Part shown: one piece after another, positions 35,728 through 44,217 of the stretch
Layout of the letters: each line of letters opens with the position of its first letter
How positions within the stretch are numbered: the stretch's first letter is position 1
Assembly: GCA_016699365.1 (NCBI GenBank)
Contig: CP064973.1
Coordinates: forward strand, 195 to 64,194
Reading direction: 5' to 3'
Origin: Candidatus Nomurabacteria bacterium
GTDB lineage: Bacteria > Patescibacteriota > Minisyncoccia > Phycocordibacterales > UBA9973
DNA: 64,000 nucleotides
Notes under the pieces: generated by a model
The model's input: only the letters and a program-made list of their open reading frames with translations
What the model was told of the DNA's origin: nothing
Database searches by the model: none
Program-made: the position numbers and the translations under genes

Positions 35728-36363
35728 TTATTTTATTTTCTTACCAATAAAAAACTCAAAAATACTAAACATTGCACTAGTACTACCAGGCAAGATGTTG
35801 AACAGTATACCTATAGTAAATAAGAACAGTGCTAATCTAGTGTTATAAAAAGAAACTAATACCGCAATAACTGCACACACTAAGGGAAAAAGTATTCTTG
35901 TATAAGCGTGCATATTTTCTATATGAGTAACTCTCATGTTCTCTATAGATTCAGATTTCTCTACATGTCTACGCATTATGAACAAAATAAGACTAATCAG
36001 AAATATATTTGTTGCAAAAAATATAATAGCCAAGTTATGAGTACTGTATTTTCCCAAAAAATGCGCAGAGAAAGGAACAAGCCCTACGAAGAAAAAGAAT
36101 ACGGCGTTTATATTTGTAAGGGTCATGTCTATATTTTTTGCAAAGACAGAAACTATAAAATGATGTGATCTCCAATAAGTAAAAAGTAGTGCAAAGGAAA
36201 GTAAGTAACTCAAAAACAGAGGATATATTTCATAAAATAACTCCAGTAGCAAAGCATCCGTGACCGGCCCAGTAAATTCTGGTACACGTATCTCAAAAAC
36301 TAAAATAGTCATAACGATAGCAAATATGCCATCTGCGAGCTGGTCTAGTCTTGCTTGTTTCAT
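35728..36363 (-). CDS. TMEM175/DUF1211-family potassium channel
   Basis: RLDQLADGIFAIVMTILVFEI matches the RxxxFSDGVFAIAITLLVLE signature helix. Confidence 0.7.
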   Translation of the reverse strand: MKQARLDQLADGIFAIVMTILVFEIRVPEFTGPVTDALLLELFYEIYPLFLSYLLSFALLFTYWRSHHFIVSVFAKNIDMTLTNINAVFFFFVGLVPFSAHFLGKYSTHNLAIIFFATNIFLISLILFIMRRHVEKSESIENMRVTHIENMHAYTRILFPLVCAVIAVLVSFYNTRLALFLFTIGILFNILPGSTSAMFSIFEFFIGKKIK

Positions 36364-36448
36364 ATATATGAATTATATCAGATTGAAAATAAAATGAACT
36401 ATATAGATATGTTAAAAATAAAAATACCCTTTCAGGCATTTTTATTTT

Positions 36449-36620
36449 GTGGACCCTGCCGGAGTTTCTCCTTCGACTCATTGGTGGTCAGGAATAATTT
36501 TCTCGTCGTCGTTCGAAAATTTTCACGACCCTGACTCGGTATTTCGTATTGCTATACAAAATATACCTGCGTCTTCCACACACTAAAAAATCTCCAGCAG
36601 TGGAGATTTTTTATGTTTGG
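36449..36620 (-). repeat. tRNA-linked structured element, copy C (downstream of tRNA-Cys), ending with a degenerate copy of the tRNA-Cys 3' half (36449-36490)
   Basis: Minus-strand sequence aligns to copy B over about 130 nt: hairpin aaaaaatctcca-CTGC-tggagatttttt, tattttgtat-AGCA-atacgaaata, cagggtcgtgaaaatttt, GACG-containing hairpin, aaaattattcctgacc. Confidence 0.6.
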
Positions 36621-36693
36621 TGGACCCTACCGGATTCGAACCGGTGACCTCCTCATTGCAAATGAGGCGCTCTACCAACTAAGCTAAGGGCCC
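36621..36693 (-). tRNA. tRNA-Cys (anticodon GCA), CCA encoded
   Basis: Cloverleaf GGGCCCT acceptor, anticodon loop TTTGCAA, T-arm ACCGG-TTCGAATC-CGGT, terminal CCA. Confidence 0.9.
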
Positions 36694-36730
36694 AAATATT
36701 TGATATATAAACTACACAAGTCCAAGCTTG

Positions 36731-36806
36731 CTTGCAAATGAGGCGACTATCGTCTACTTGCCAACTAAGCTAAGGGCCCAAATATTTGATATATAAACTA
36801 CACAAG
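36731..36806 (-). repeat. Direct duplicate of the tRNA-Cys 5' half plus about 28 bp of its 5' flank (pseudo-tRNA fragment)
   Basis: ttgcaaatgaggcg...ccaactaagctaagggcccaaatatttgatatataaactacacaag repeats 36655-36720 with a 15-nt substituted block. Confidence 0.6.
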
Positions 36807-36877
36807 CCTACCAAGCAAGGGGCTCGAGTAATACAAAGGCTATTTTACCTTATTTTAGAACAAGTGCAAGTTAAGCT

Positions 36878-36911
36878 TACAAAATTTAAATCCCGATAAA
36901 ATCGGGATTTT
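36878..36911 (-). terminator. Terminator hairpin (aaatcccgat-aaa-atcgggattt) immediately after the GNAT gene stop
   Basis: Hairpin plus T-run on the minus strand. Confidence 0.55.
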
Positions 36912-36913
36912 TC

Positions 36914-37375
36914 TCATACTAATTCTTTCTTCATCTTGTGGTGTGGACCGACACCTTTGATTTCAAACTCATCAGAAAAGGCTCGCCACCCACGATCATA
37001 GTAAAACTTAACCGCACTGGACCTGGCATTACACCAAAAAAGTTTTACACCGGTTTTATTGGCAATAAAACTTTCTGCATGGGAAATGAGCAAAGACCCA
37101 AGTCCCCTACCTTGCCAATTTTTATCAGTCGCCATTCCACGTAACCGATAAGAATCTCTTTTGTTTAAAGTGTCCAATTTGAAACTTGCACAACAAAGAG
37201 GTTTTCCAACAATACGGCCATTTCTGGTCTTGTACACTGCAAAATGATATGTGAATAATTCATAATCACCATCAAACAAAGCAGTCTCCTTTGGTAAACC
37301 TGGTCGCAATATGTCGTGACGTAAATTAAAAATGTCTTTTAGTGATACCTGTACCACAGTAAACTTTCCGTTCAT
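36914..37375 (-). CDS. GNAT-family N-acetyltransferase
   Basis: Acetyl-CoA binding motif RGxGxG-like (QGRGLGSLLISHAE) and GNAT fold length. Confidence 0.7.
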   Translation of the reverse strand: MNGKFTVVQVSLKDIFNLRHDILRPGLPKETALFDGDYELFTYHFAVYKTRNGRIVGKPLCCASFKLDTLNKRDSYRLRGMATDKNWQGRGLGSLLISHAESFIANKTGVKLFWCNARSSAVKFYYDRGWRAFSDEFEIKGVGPHHKMKKELV

Positions 37376-37428
37376 AAGAAACTTTTTTTCTTATACTAAC
37401 ATGCTCATGAGCATAGTCAATTTGAGTT

Positions 37429-38415
37429 TTATTTTTTGTCTGTCACGAGTTTTAAAACATGATCTATAAATTCTTTAAAATTTGATCCCACTGGCTCTAG
37501 TGATTTTGGTACAAGAGATTCTTTGGTAAGGCCAGGTAAGGTATTTATTTCAATAAAATAGATTCCGTTTTTTGAAACTATAAAATCACTACGTGTGTAG
37601 TGGCGCGCACCAAGAGCTTTGTGCATTGCACGTGCATAGTCTTGCAAGAGCTTCTGTTCAGTAGAGCTAAACTTACCTGGGGATATTTCAAGAGCTTGTC
37701 CATTGTATTTTGTGTCGTAATCAAATATATCTCCAGATGGTTTTCTGATTTCAATTGGCAAGAAAGAATATATATCTTCCCCGCGAAAACCTTCGAGCGT
37801 AGTTACAGTCGCCTCCTTGCCGTGAATATATTCTTCTACCAATATATCGCCTTCTGTTTCTAGCTGGCCTAGTAATGTTTCTAGTAAATCATCATAGGTC
37901 CTTGCAAGCTTGATGCCAATCGAGGAACCACCACTAACCGGCTTTATTATCCAAGGAGGTGGAAGTGTCTTGAAAATATATTTTGCAGCTTCGCTCATAT
38001 AATCTTCGAAACTCAGCTCATCCTGAGAATTGAAGTTGGGTATCAAAATATCATTTGCGATATTCAGTCCTGCTTTTTCTGCAACCTCTTTTGAAAATCT
38101 TTTATGCATACCGAGCGCCCCTGCAAAAGGACCTGAACCAGTATATGGAATCCCTAACGCCTCAAGTTCCTGAGCAATCTTACCGTCCTCTCCTGCGCCA
38201 CCATGGAGTGCGTTCCAAATTACATCTACATGCCTACTGAGTTTATCTTTCTCGACAGGAAGTCCACGCATGTGCCACACACCGTCTCGATCTACAAGTA
38301 TATCTACCGGTTCATATCTATCGCGAGGTAAATGCGTAAGTAACATCTCGCCACTCTTGAGCGAAACTTCATATTCGTTGCTATTTCCACCTCGAAGTAT
38401 TCCAACGCGAATCAT
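37429..38415 (-). CDS. ddl: D-alanine--D-alanine ligase
   Basis: MIRVGILRGGNSNEYEVSLKSG N-terminus, ATP-grasp motifs, conserved C-terminal catalytic region. Confidence 0.85.
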   Translation of the reverse strand: MIRVGILRGGNSNEYEVSLKSGEMLLTHLPRDRYEPVDILVDRDGVWHMRGLPVEKDKLSRHVDVIWNALHGGAGEDGKIAQELEALGIPYTGSGPFAGALGMHKRFSKEVAEKAGLNIANDILIPNFNSQDELSFEDYMSEAAKYIFKTLPPPWIIKPVSGGSSIGIKLARTYDDLLETLLGQLETEGDILVEEYIHGKEATVTTLEGFRGEDIYSFLPIEIRKPSGDIFDYDTKYNGQALEISPGKFSSTEQKLLQDYARAMHKALGARHYTRSDFIVSKNGIYFIEINTLPGLTKESLVPKSLEPVGSNFKEFIDHVLKLVTDKK

Positions 38416-38454
38416 GTAAACAGTATAGCGTCTTTTTGTTTAGGACTAAAGTAT

Positions 38455-39684
38455 TTATTTTCCCAAAAATGCATTTCCTCTACGAAGCTTATGAAATGTA
38501 ATCGAGAATCTGTGCGCTTCAGAGTTTGCGAGTACTATCCCCGTCTCATTGCCTTTTATATTTTCTTTTTCACCTAGTATGTCTTTCGCCTTATGTTTTT
38601 CATTTTTAACCACAGAAACAATCGGAATTTTAAACTGATACCTTTTGAGAACTTGCTTACCAACATTGAGTTGAGCTATTCCTCCATCTAATACTACAAG
38701 ATCCGGAACTCCCCACTCTGTATGCCTAAACCTGCGAGAAAGCACCTCTTCAAGCGCCCCTGTATCGTTTGCGTTTGACTGAGTACGGATAATAAACTTT
38801 TTGTATTCAGATTTTATCGGCAAACCATTCTCCACCACAGTCATCACACCCACCATATTTTTCCCAGACATATGCGCAATATCATATGCCTCAATACGGA
38901 ATTTGTTTATTCTACCTTCCTCTATGTTTTCGTTTTTTATAAGCGATACATCATGAATATGTTCCAATGCAAAAATAGTTTTCTTTATTTCTCCAGCTTT
39001 TTCAAATTCACGTTTCTTTGCATACGCAAGCATCTCTTTTTTTAGATTTAAAATAATTTGCGCTTTTTTACCAGAAAAGAAAAGTTCTAGATTTTTAATT
39101 GTTTTTTTATACTCCTTTGAAACTTCTTTGTTTGCCATATCAGGAGTTAAACCTAGTTGACGATAAAATTCATATTTATCTTTATGGATAGAACTATTGT
39201 CTATAAAAGGAAAAATACGGCGAACTATTTTTAGAGCCTCTTTGAGTGCACTACCATTTGTATAAGGACCATAAATAGATTTTAGCTTATTGTTTTCAGT
39301 TTTTAGATTCTTGAAATCTATATTTTTACCGCGCTCGATTATTACTTTCGGTAACTCTTCGTCGGTGATGCACACATAGTTCCAACTTTTATCATCCTTC
39401 TCTTTTGTATTGTAATATGGCTTATATTTCTTGATCAGATTTGCCTCTAGAATCAAGGCTTCTAAAACTGATTCAGTTTCCTGAAAAGTCAGTGTACGCG
39501 CTTTGAAAACCATGTCCACAATATGTGACCCACGAGTATTGATCACATCCTTGCCGAAATAGCTTCGTACACGAGAACGGAGCGAAGTAGCCTTGCCAAT
39601 ATACAAAATACCTTTGCTGTCACGAAAGAAATAGCAACCTGGAGTGTTTGGTATTTTTAGTTTTTTTAAGTCAGATATTTTCAT
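38455..39684 (-). CDS. uvrC: Excinuclease ABC subunit C (short form without the C-terminal HhH domain)
   Basis: GIY-YIG motif PNTPGCYFFRD...ILYIGKATSLRSRVRSYF, UvrC endonuclease domain; start assigned to MKISDLKK (39684). Confidence 0.8.
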   Translation of the reverse strand: MKISDLKKLKIPNTPGCYFFRDSKGILYIGKATSLRSRVRSYFGKDVINTRGSHIVDMVFKARTLTFQETESVLEALILEANLIKKYKPYYNTKEKDDKSWNYVCITDEELPKVIIERGKNIDFKNLKTENNKLKSIYGPYTNGSALKEALKIVRRIFPFIDNSSIHKDKYEFYRQLGLTPDMANKEVSKEYKKTIKNLELFFSGKKAQIILNLKKEMLAYAKKREFEKAGEIKKTIFALEHIHDVSLIKNENIEEGRINKFRIEAYDIAHMSGKNMVGVMTVVENGLPIKSEYKKFIIRTQSNANDTGALEEVLSRRFRHTEWGVPDLVVLDGGIAQLNVGKQVLKRYQFKIPIVSVVKNEKHKAKDILGEKENIKGNETGIVLANSEAHRFSITFHKLRRGNAFLGK

Positions 39685-39730
39685 GTTTGACAAGTATACC
39701 AGAAGAGTGTAGAGTGAGCAAAAATAAAAA

Positions 39731-40117
39731 ATGGATCCAAAACACCCACTAAAGTATTTCAGGTTAAGTAACGGATATCCTGATGTACAAAAACTGGCAC
39801 TCGATCTGGCAGGAACAAAAACCAGAGGTAAAATATTCAAAAAATTTAGCGTTCTCATCTATAAAATAGAAGAGAACAAGGAAGTATCAATAAAGAGAAT
39901 AGAATTCCTTATTGAAGAAATGAAAAACGCTCTTACCGACACACCAAAAGAAGTGTTTGATTTATTAAAATATGAAATACTCTTTTGGAGATATTTCCCA
40001 GAAAATAGAAAGATTAATATTTCCCGGTCGGATATCTTGGGAACAATGGGGAATATTTTCAACAAAGGAGATTACGTATCTATCGCAAAAATATTCTATT
40101 TTTTGCAAAAAAGATAA
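39731..40117 (+). CDS. Hypothetical protein (128 aa)
   Basis: ORF followed by a strong terminator. Confidence 0.4.
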   Translation: MDPKHPLKYFRLSNGYPDVQKLALDLAGTKTRGKIFKKFSVLIYKIEENKEVSIKRIEFLIEEMKNALTDTPKEVFDLLKYEILFWRYFPENRKINISRSDILGTMGNIFNKGDYVSIAKIFYFLQKR

Positions 40118-40132
40118 CAAAATAAAAGTGCA

Positions 40133-40164
40133 AAACGAGGGGACTGTCCCCTCGTTTTTTTTAT
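40133..40164 (+). terminator. Rho-independent terminator (acgaggggac-tgtcccctcgt + T8)
   Basis: GC-rich hairpin plus T-run. Confidence 0.65.
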
Positions 40165-40212
40165 TTGACAAGCATTATTGGTAGGTATAAAGTTAAGAAA
40201 AATGTAAAAAAT

Positions 40213-40545
40213 ATGAGTGGATTCGACACAACCTTTAAGCATTGGCTCAATGAAAAAGCTGGCTACCTTATTTACAAAGGCAAGAAGAAGAAAATCGAAA
40301 AAATTTTTTTTACTAGTTCCGCTGTGGCAAATTCAGATGAAATGAATTTCAAGCTAAAAGGCCAAATCTTAACAAAAGGAGATGGAATTGACTTCAAAGA
40401 ACTTTGGAAACGATTCTATAAAGAAACTGGTGAAAAAAGACCAAAAAAACAAAAGAGGATCGGACAGAGATTTGAAATAAAAGGAAAAGTTCTTTACAAA
40501 AAAGAAGGCAAAAAAGTTGTCAGAAAATATAAGAAATCAAAATAG
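40213..40545 (+). CDS. Lysine-rich hypothetical protein
   Basis: ORF with a highly basic C-terminus; internal ATG start chosen. Confidence 0.3.
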   Translation: MSGFDTTFKHWLNEKAGYLIYKGKKKKIEKIFFTSSAVANSDEMNFKLKGQILTKGDGIDFKELWKRFYKETGEKRPKKQKRIGQRFEIKGKVLYKKEGKKVVRKYKKSK

Positions 40546-40630
40546 AAAAAAATAATCTGCAAGCGCTACTGCAAAGAAAGACACGGTAAAAAAGAGTCTC
40601 TGGAAACTTATTTACCAGTAGATAGCACAG

Positions 40631-40668
40631 AAAAAGACCTTGTTGAACTACAAGGTCTTTTTATTTTC
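40631..40668. terminator. Bidirectional terminator (aaagaccttgt-tgaact-acaaggtcttt) abutting the uvrA stop
   Basis: 11-bp stem with T-runs on both sides. Confidence 0.6.
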
Positions 40669-43261
40669 TTAAAACCTTTTTTAGATATTTACCAGTATGG
40701 GATTTTGGAGTATTTGCCACCTCCTCTGGAGTGCCCTTTGCAATTATTTCTCCCCCACCGATTCCACCTTCTGGACCGATGTCTATAATATAGTCAGCAG
40801 ATTTTACAATATCCAAGTTATGTTCAATCAATACTACCGAGTTCCCCTTTTGTACAAGCTGATTCAAAACTGAAAGTAGATTCGCAACATCATCATAGTG
40901 AAGCCCAACAGTTGGCTCATCGAGCAGATATATAGTCTTCTCGATATTTGTTCGGTAAAGTTCACTAGATATTTTTACGCGCTGTGCTTCCCCTCCTGAG
41001 AGTGTAGTCGCAGACTGACCGAGTGCTACATAACCTAGGCCCACATCCATAAGTGTCCGCACTCTGTCATACACAGCAGGAATATCTTCGAAAAACACAA
41101 TTGCCTCCTCGACTGTCATCTGGAGTACATCATAAATATTTTTATTTTTGTATTTGACCGTGAGAGTTTCCTTGTCGAAACGTTTTCCATTACAAACATC
41201 ACAAGTCACATACACTGTCGGCAAAAAGTGCATCTCAACTGCAATCTCGCCGTTCCCCTCACAAGCTTCACAGCGACCGCCTTTCACATTGAAAGAAAAT
41301 CTGTTTGATTTCCATCCACGAAAACGCGCTTCATCCGTAGCGGCAAATAAGTCACGAATGTGTGTAAAGGCTCCGGTGTATGTCGCCAAGTTCGATCGTG
41401 GTGTACGACCTATCGGAGACTGGTCGATAAGTATCACTCGAGAAACATACTCTGTTCCTGTAAAACTTGTGCAGTTATAAGTCTGCGCGCTTCGAAATTT
41501 GCGTTCATAACGAGCTTGCAAGTTCTTGTGCAAGATCTCGTACATAAAAGAACTTTTCCCAGACCCTGACACTCCAGTAATACAAACCATTTTCCCCAAC
41601 GGAACTTCTACATTTAGATTTTTAATATTGAAAATTTTCCCTCCAGCAATTTTGAGTGACCCCTTGTCTTGAGTACGGCGTTTTTCTGGAACTGGAATCA
41701 CTTCTTCGTTTCGCAAGTATGCAAGAGTACGAGACTTAGATGGATTAGTTTTTGCAGCAAGTAATTCTTCTAAATCACCAGAGACAACAACCTTTCCTCC
41801 GTGCACGCCAGCTTTTGGTCCGATATCAATAATATAATCAGATGCATATATTGTATCTTCATCGTGCTCTACTACAATTATTGTGTTGCCTATGTCACGT
41901 AGATTTTCAAGAGTTTTTATAAGCTTGTCATTATCGCGTTGATGCAAACCAATTGTTGGCTCATCGAGCACATACATCGCACCCACAAGTCGTGAGCCGA
42001 GTTGTGACGCGAGACGAATACGCTGACTCTCTCCTCCCGAAAGAGTACTAGCCCTGCGATCAAGCGATAGATATTCGAGCCCAACGTTTAGCAAGAACTC
42101 TAGACGTGACTCTATCTCTTTTATAATTACTTTTGAAATTTCTTTTTCTTGTTCTGTAAGTTTCAAATCTACAAATAAATCCGCAGCATTGCTTATAGAA
42201 AGCTTAGTTAGTTCAACAATATTAACCCGTTTTTTGGATTCATTTGTCGACAGAAAAACGTTGAGCGCTTCTATGCGAAGTCTTGCTCCGTGACAAACAT
42301 CACAAGGCTCTGTACCACCAAAGAATTTGCTTCCAAGACCATTACATTCTGGACATGCTCCATAAGGCGAGTTGAAAGAGAAGAGTCTAGGTTCTACTTC
42401 TGGAAAAGAGAAGCCATCGCGAGGACAAGAAAACTTTGTAGAAAGTAACGTCTCTTCATCTGCGATTTTTATTACTACTAGCCCATCAGATTCAAGTATT
42501 GAGCGCTCTACCGCTTCAGAGAGTCGCATTCGTGCATCTTGTGGACCATCTTTGAATTCATGTAGTGCGAGCTCATCAATAAATATATCTATGTTGTGTG
42601 CTTTATTTTTAGATATATCTATTCGATCACGGAGATTTAAAATTTTTCCGTCTATACGAACTCTGTTGAAACCCTTGCCGAGCAAATCATATAGAAGTTG
42701 GTAGTATTCCCCTTTTCTACCTCGCACAACTGGTGCAAAAACTTGAACTGGAATTTCACTCCACTCTACTCCCATTACTTCTTTTTTATTCTTCTTGCTC
42801 TTTGAATACACAGAAACTTTTTCTAGTACAAAATTTAATATTTCTTCATTGGAAAGTTTTTTAATCTCATCGCCGCATTCTGGACAGTGTGGTCTTCCGA
42901 CACGTGCATATAGAACACGTAGATAATCGTATATTTCAGTAATAGTCGCCACGGTTGAACGTGGGTTATTTGAGCGGGATTTTTGGTCAATTGAAATTGC
43001 AGGAGATAGTCCAGAGATCTCGTCTACATCTGGCTTCGGCATTTGGTTCAAGAATTGTCGCGCGTATGCAGAAAGACTCTCGACATACCGGCGCTGGCCT
43101 TCGGCGAAGATAGTATCAAAAGCAAGTGAACTCTTTCCAGAGCCTGACATACCAGTAATAACCACCATTTTGTTTCGTGGCATTTCAACGGTGATATTTT
43201 TCAGGTTATGAGTCCTGGCACCTTTAACTATTATTTTTTCTGATGGCTGTCCTTTTTTCAT
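40661..43261 (-). CDS. uvrA: Excinuclease ABC subunit A
   Basis: Two ABC ATPase modules ([10 protein letters not shown] and GVSGSGKSS), zinc-finger Cys clusters, LSGGEXQR signatures. Confidence 0.92.
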   Translation of the reverse strand: MKKGQPSEKIIVKGARTHNLKNITVEMPRNKMVVITGMSGSGKSSLAFDTIFAEGQRRYVESLSAYARQFLNQMPKPDVDEISGLSPAISIDQKSRSNNPRSTVATITEIYDYLRVLYARVGRPHCPECGDEIKKLSNEEILNFVLEKVSVYSKSKKNKKEVMGVEWSEIPVQVFAPVVRGRKGEYYQLLYDLLGKGFNRVRIDGKILNLRDRIDISKNKAHNIDIFIDELALHEFKDGPQDARMRLSEAVERSILESDGLVVIKIADEETLLSTKFSCPRDGFSFPEVEPRLFSFNSPYGACPECNGLGSKFFGGTEPCDVCHGARLRIEALNVFLSTNESKKRVNIVELTKLSISNAADLFVDLKLTEQEKEISKVIIKEIESRLEFLLNVGLEYLSLDRRASTLSGGESQRIRLASQLGSRLVGAMYVLDEPTIGLHQRDNDKLIKTLENLRDIGNTIIVVEHDEDTIYASDYIIDIGPKAGVHGGKVVVSGDLEELLAAKTNPSKSRTLAYLRNEEVIPVPEKRRTQDKGSLKIAGGKIFNIKNLNVEVPLGKMVCITGVSGSGKSSFMYEILHKNLQARYERKFRSAQTYNCTSFTGTEYVSRVILIDQSPIGRTPRSNLATYTGAFTHIRDLFAATDEARFRGWKSNRFSFNVKGGRCEACEGNGEIAVEMHFLPTVYVTCDVCNGKRFDKETLTVKYKNKNIYDVLQMTVEEAIVFFEDIPAVYDRVRTLMDVGLGYVALGQSATTLSGGEAQRVKISSELYRTNIEKTIYLLDEPTVGLHYDDVANLLSVLNQLVQKGNSVVLIEHNLDIVKSADYIIDIGPEGGIGGGEIIAKGTPEEVANTPKSHTGKYLKKVLRK

Positions 43262-43396
43262 ATTTCAATAACATAAGCGCACCCATGAGTATCGCTTATG
43301 GGTGTGTATCTCTATTCAATTACAGGCAGATTGTATCATAAAAGCTTATTTGACGTAAGCGTCTATGAGTAGTACGATGAGCGAAATATAGTAAAA

Positions 43397-44206
43397 ATGG
43401 GAAAGAGAAAACAACATAAAGTAGAGGATATCGTATGGTCTTACACAAAAGATGATTGGGTAGACTGGCTAAGTGATATATTAAAATATGAAGTAGCATA
43501 CCCTATATATACAATAAATCGAGAAAGCGACAATGTTTTGATGGATATGCCAGAATGGTTGGTAGAAAGTAAAATAGAAACCACAGAATACCAAAAAGCT
43601 CTAATCTGGCATATAAAAAACCAAATCGATCTAAATTCTGGAGAAATAACAAATATAAATTATCTTGAAAGACTTTTTGAATCTCTAGGTTCTATAACGT
43701 GGGAAAAATTTTTGGATGAGGAATATTTTATAGATATCTTAACTTCTGAAAAATTTGACTCCACTAGAACATCTAGAGACTCTCTTAAGAGTGAACTGCT
43801 GTCTATACTATCCAACCAAAACATATCTCTTGAAAAATTGAAAAAAATAGAGAATTATGCAATCCGCATGTTATCTAAAAAGATTCAAGATGAGTTTTTC
43901 TGGATTGGATACATATCAATTAAAGTAAGAAATTATCCAAACTCTCTTGCTTTACAGCTTGAAGCACTTTCATTGGTCATAAGTCTTTTATCTAAAAAAG
44001 ATTTAACTGACGACAGAGTCTTGGTTGCAATAGTGGATACAATAAAGGAAATCCACTTCAGATACGTACAGAAATCAGAATTCATAAGCGTATCGCAAAT
44101 ATGGAGAGAAAATGAGGATAAAAAAGAAACGAACCCTGTTCGTGAAAAAATACTAAAGGCGATAGACAATCATTACTTTGAATATATAGAAAAGAGTATA
44201 TATTAA
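43397..44206 (+). CDS. Hypothetical protein (269 aa) divergent from uvrA
   Basis: ORF only; no family recognised. Confidence 0.45.
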   Translation: MGKRKQHKVEDIVWSYTKDDWVDWLSDILKYEVAYPIYTINRESDNVLMDMPEWLVESKIETTEYQKALIWHIKNQIDLNSGEITNINYLERLFESLGSITWEKFLDEEYFIDILTSEKFDSTRTSRDSLKSELLSILSNQNISLEKLKKIENYAIRMLSKKIQDEFFWIGYISIKVRNYPNSLALQLEALSLVISLLSKKDLTDDRVLVAIVDTIKEIHFRYVQKSEFISVSQIWRENEDKKETNPVREKILKAIDNHYFEYIEKSIY

Positions 44207-44217
44207 AAAAAGCAGAA

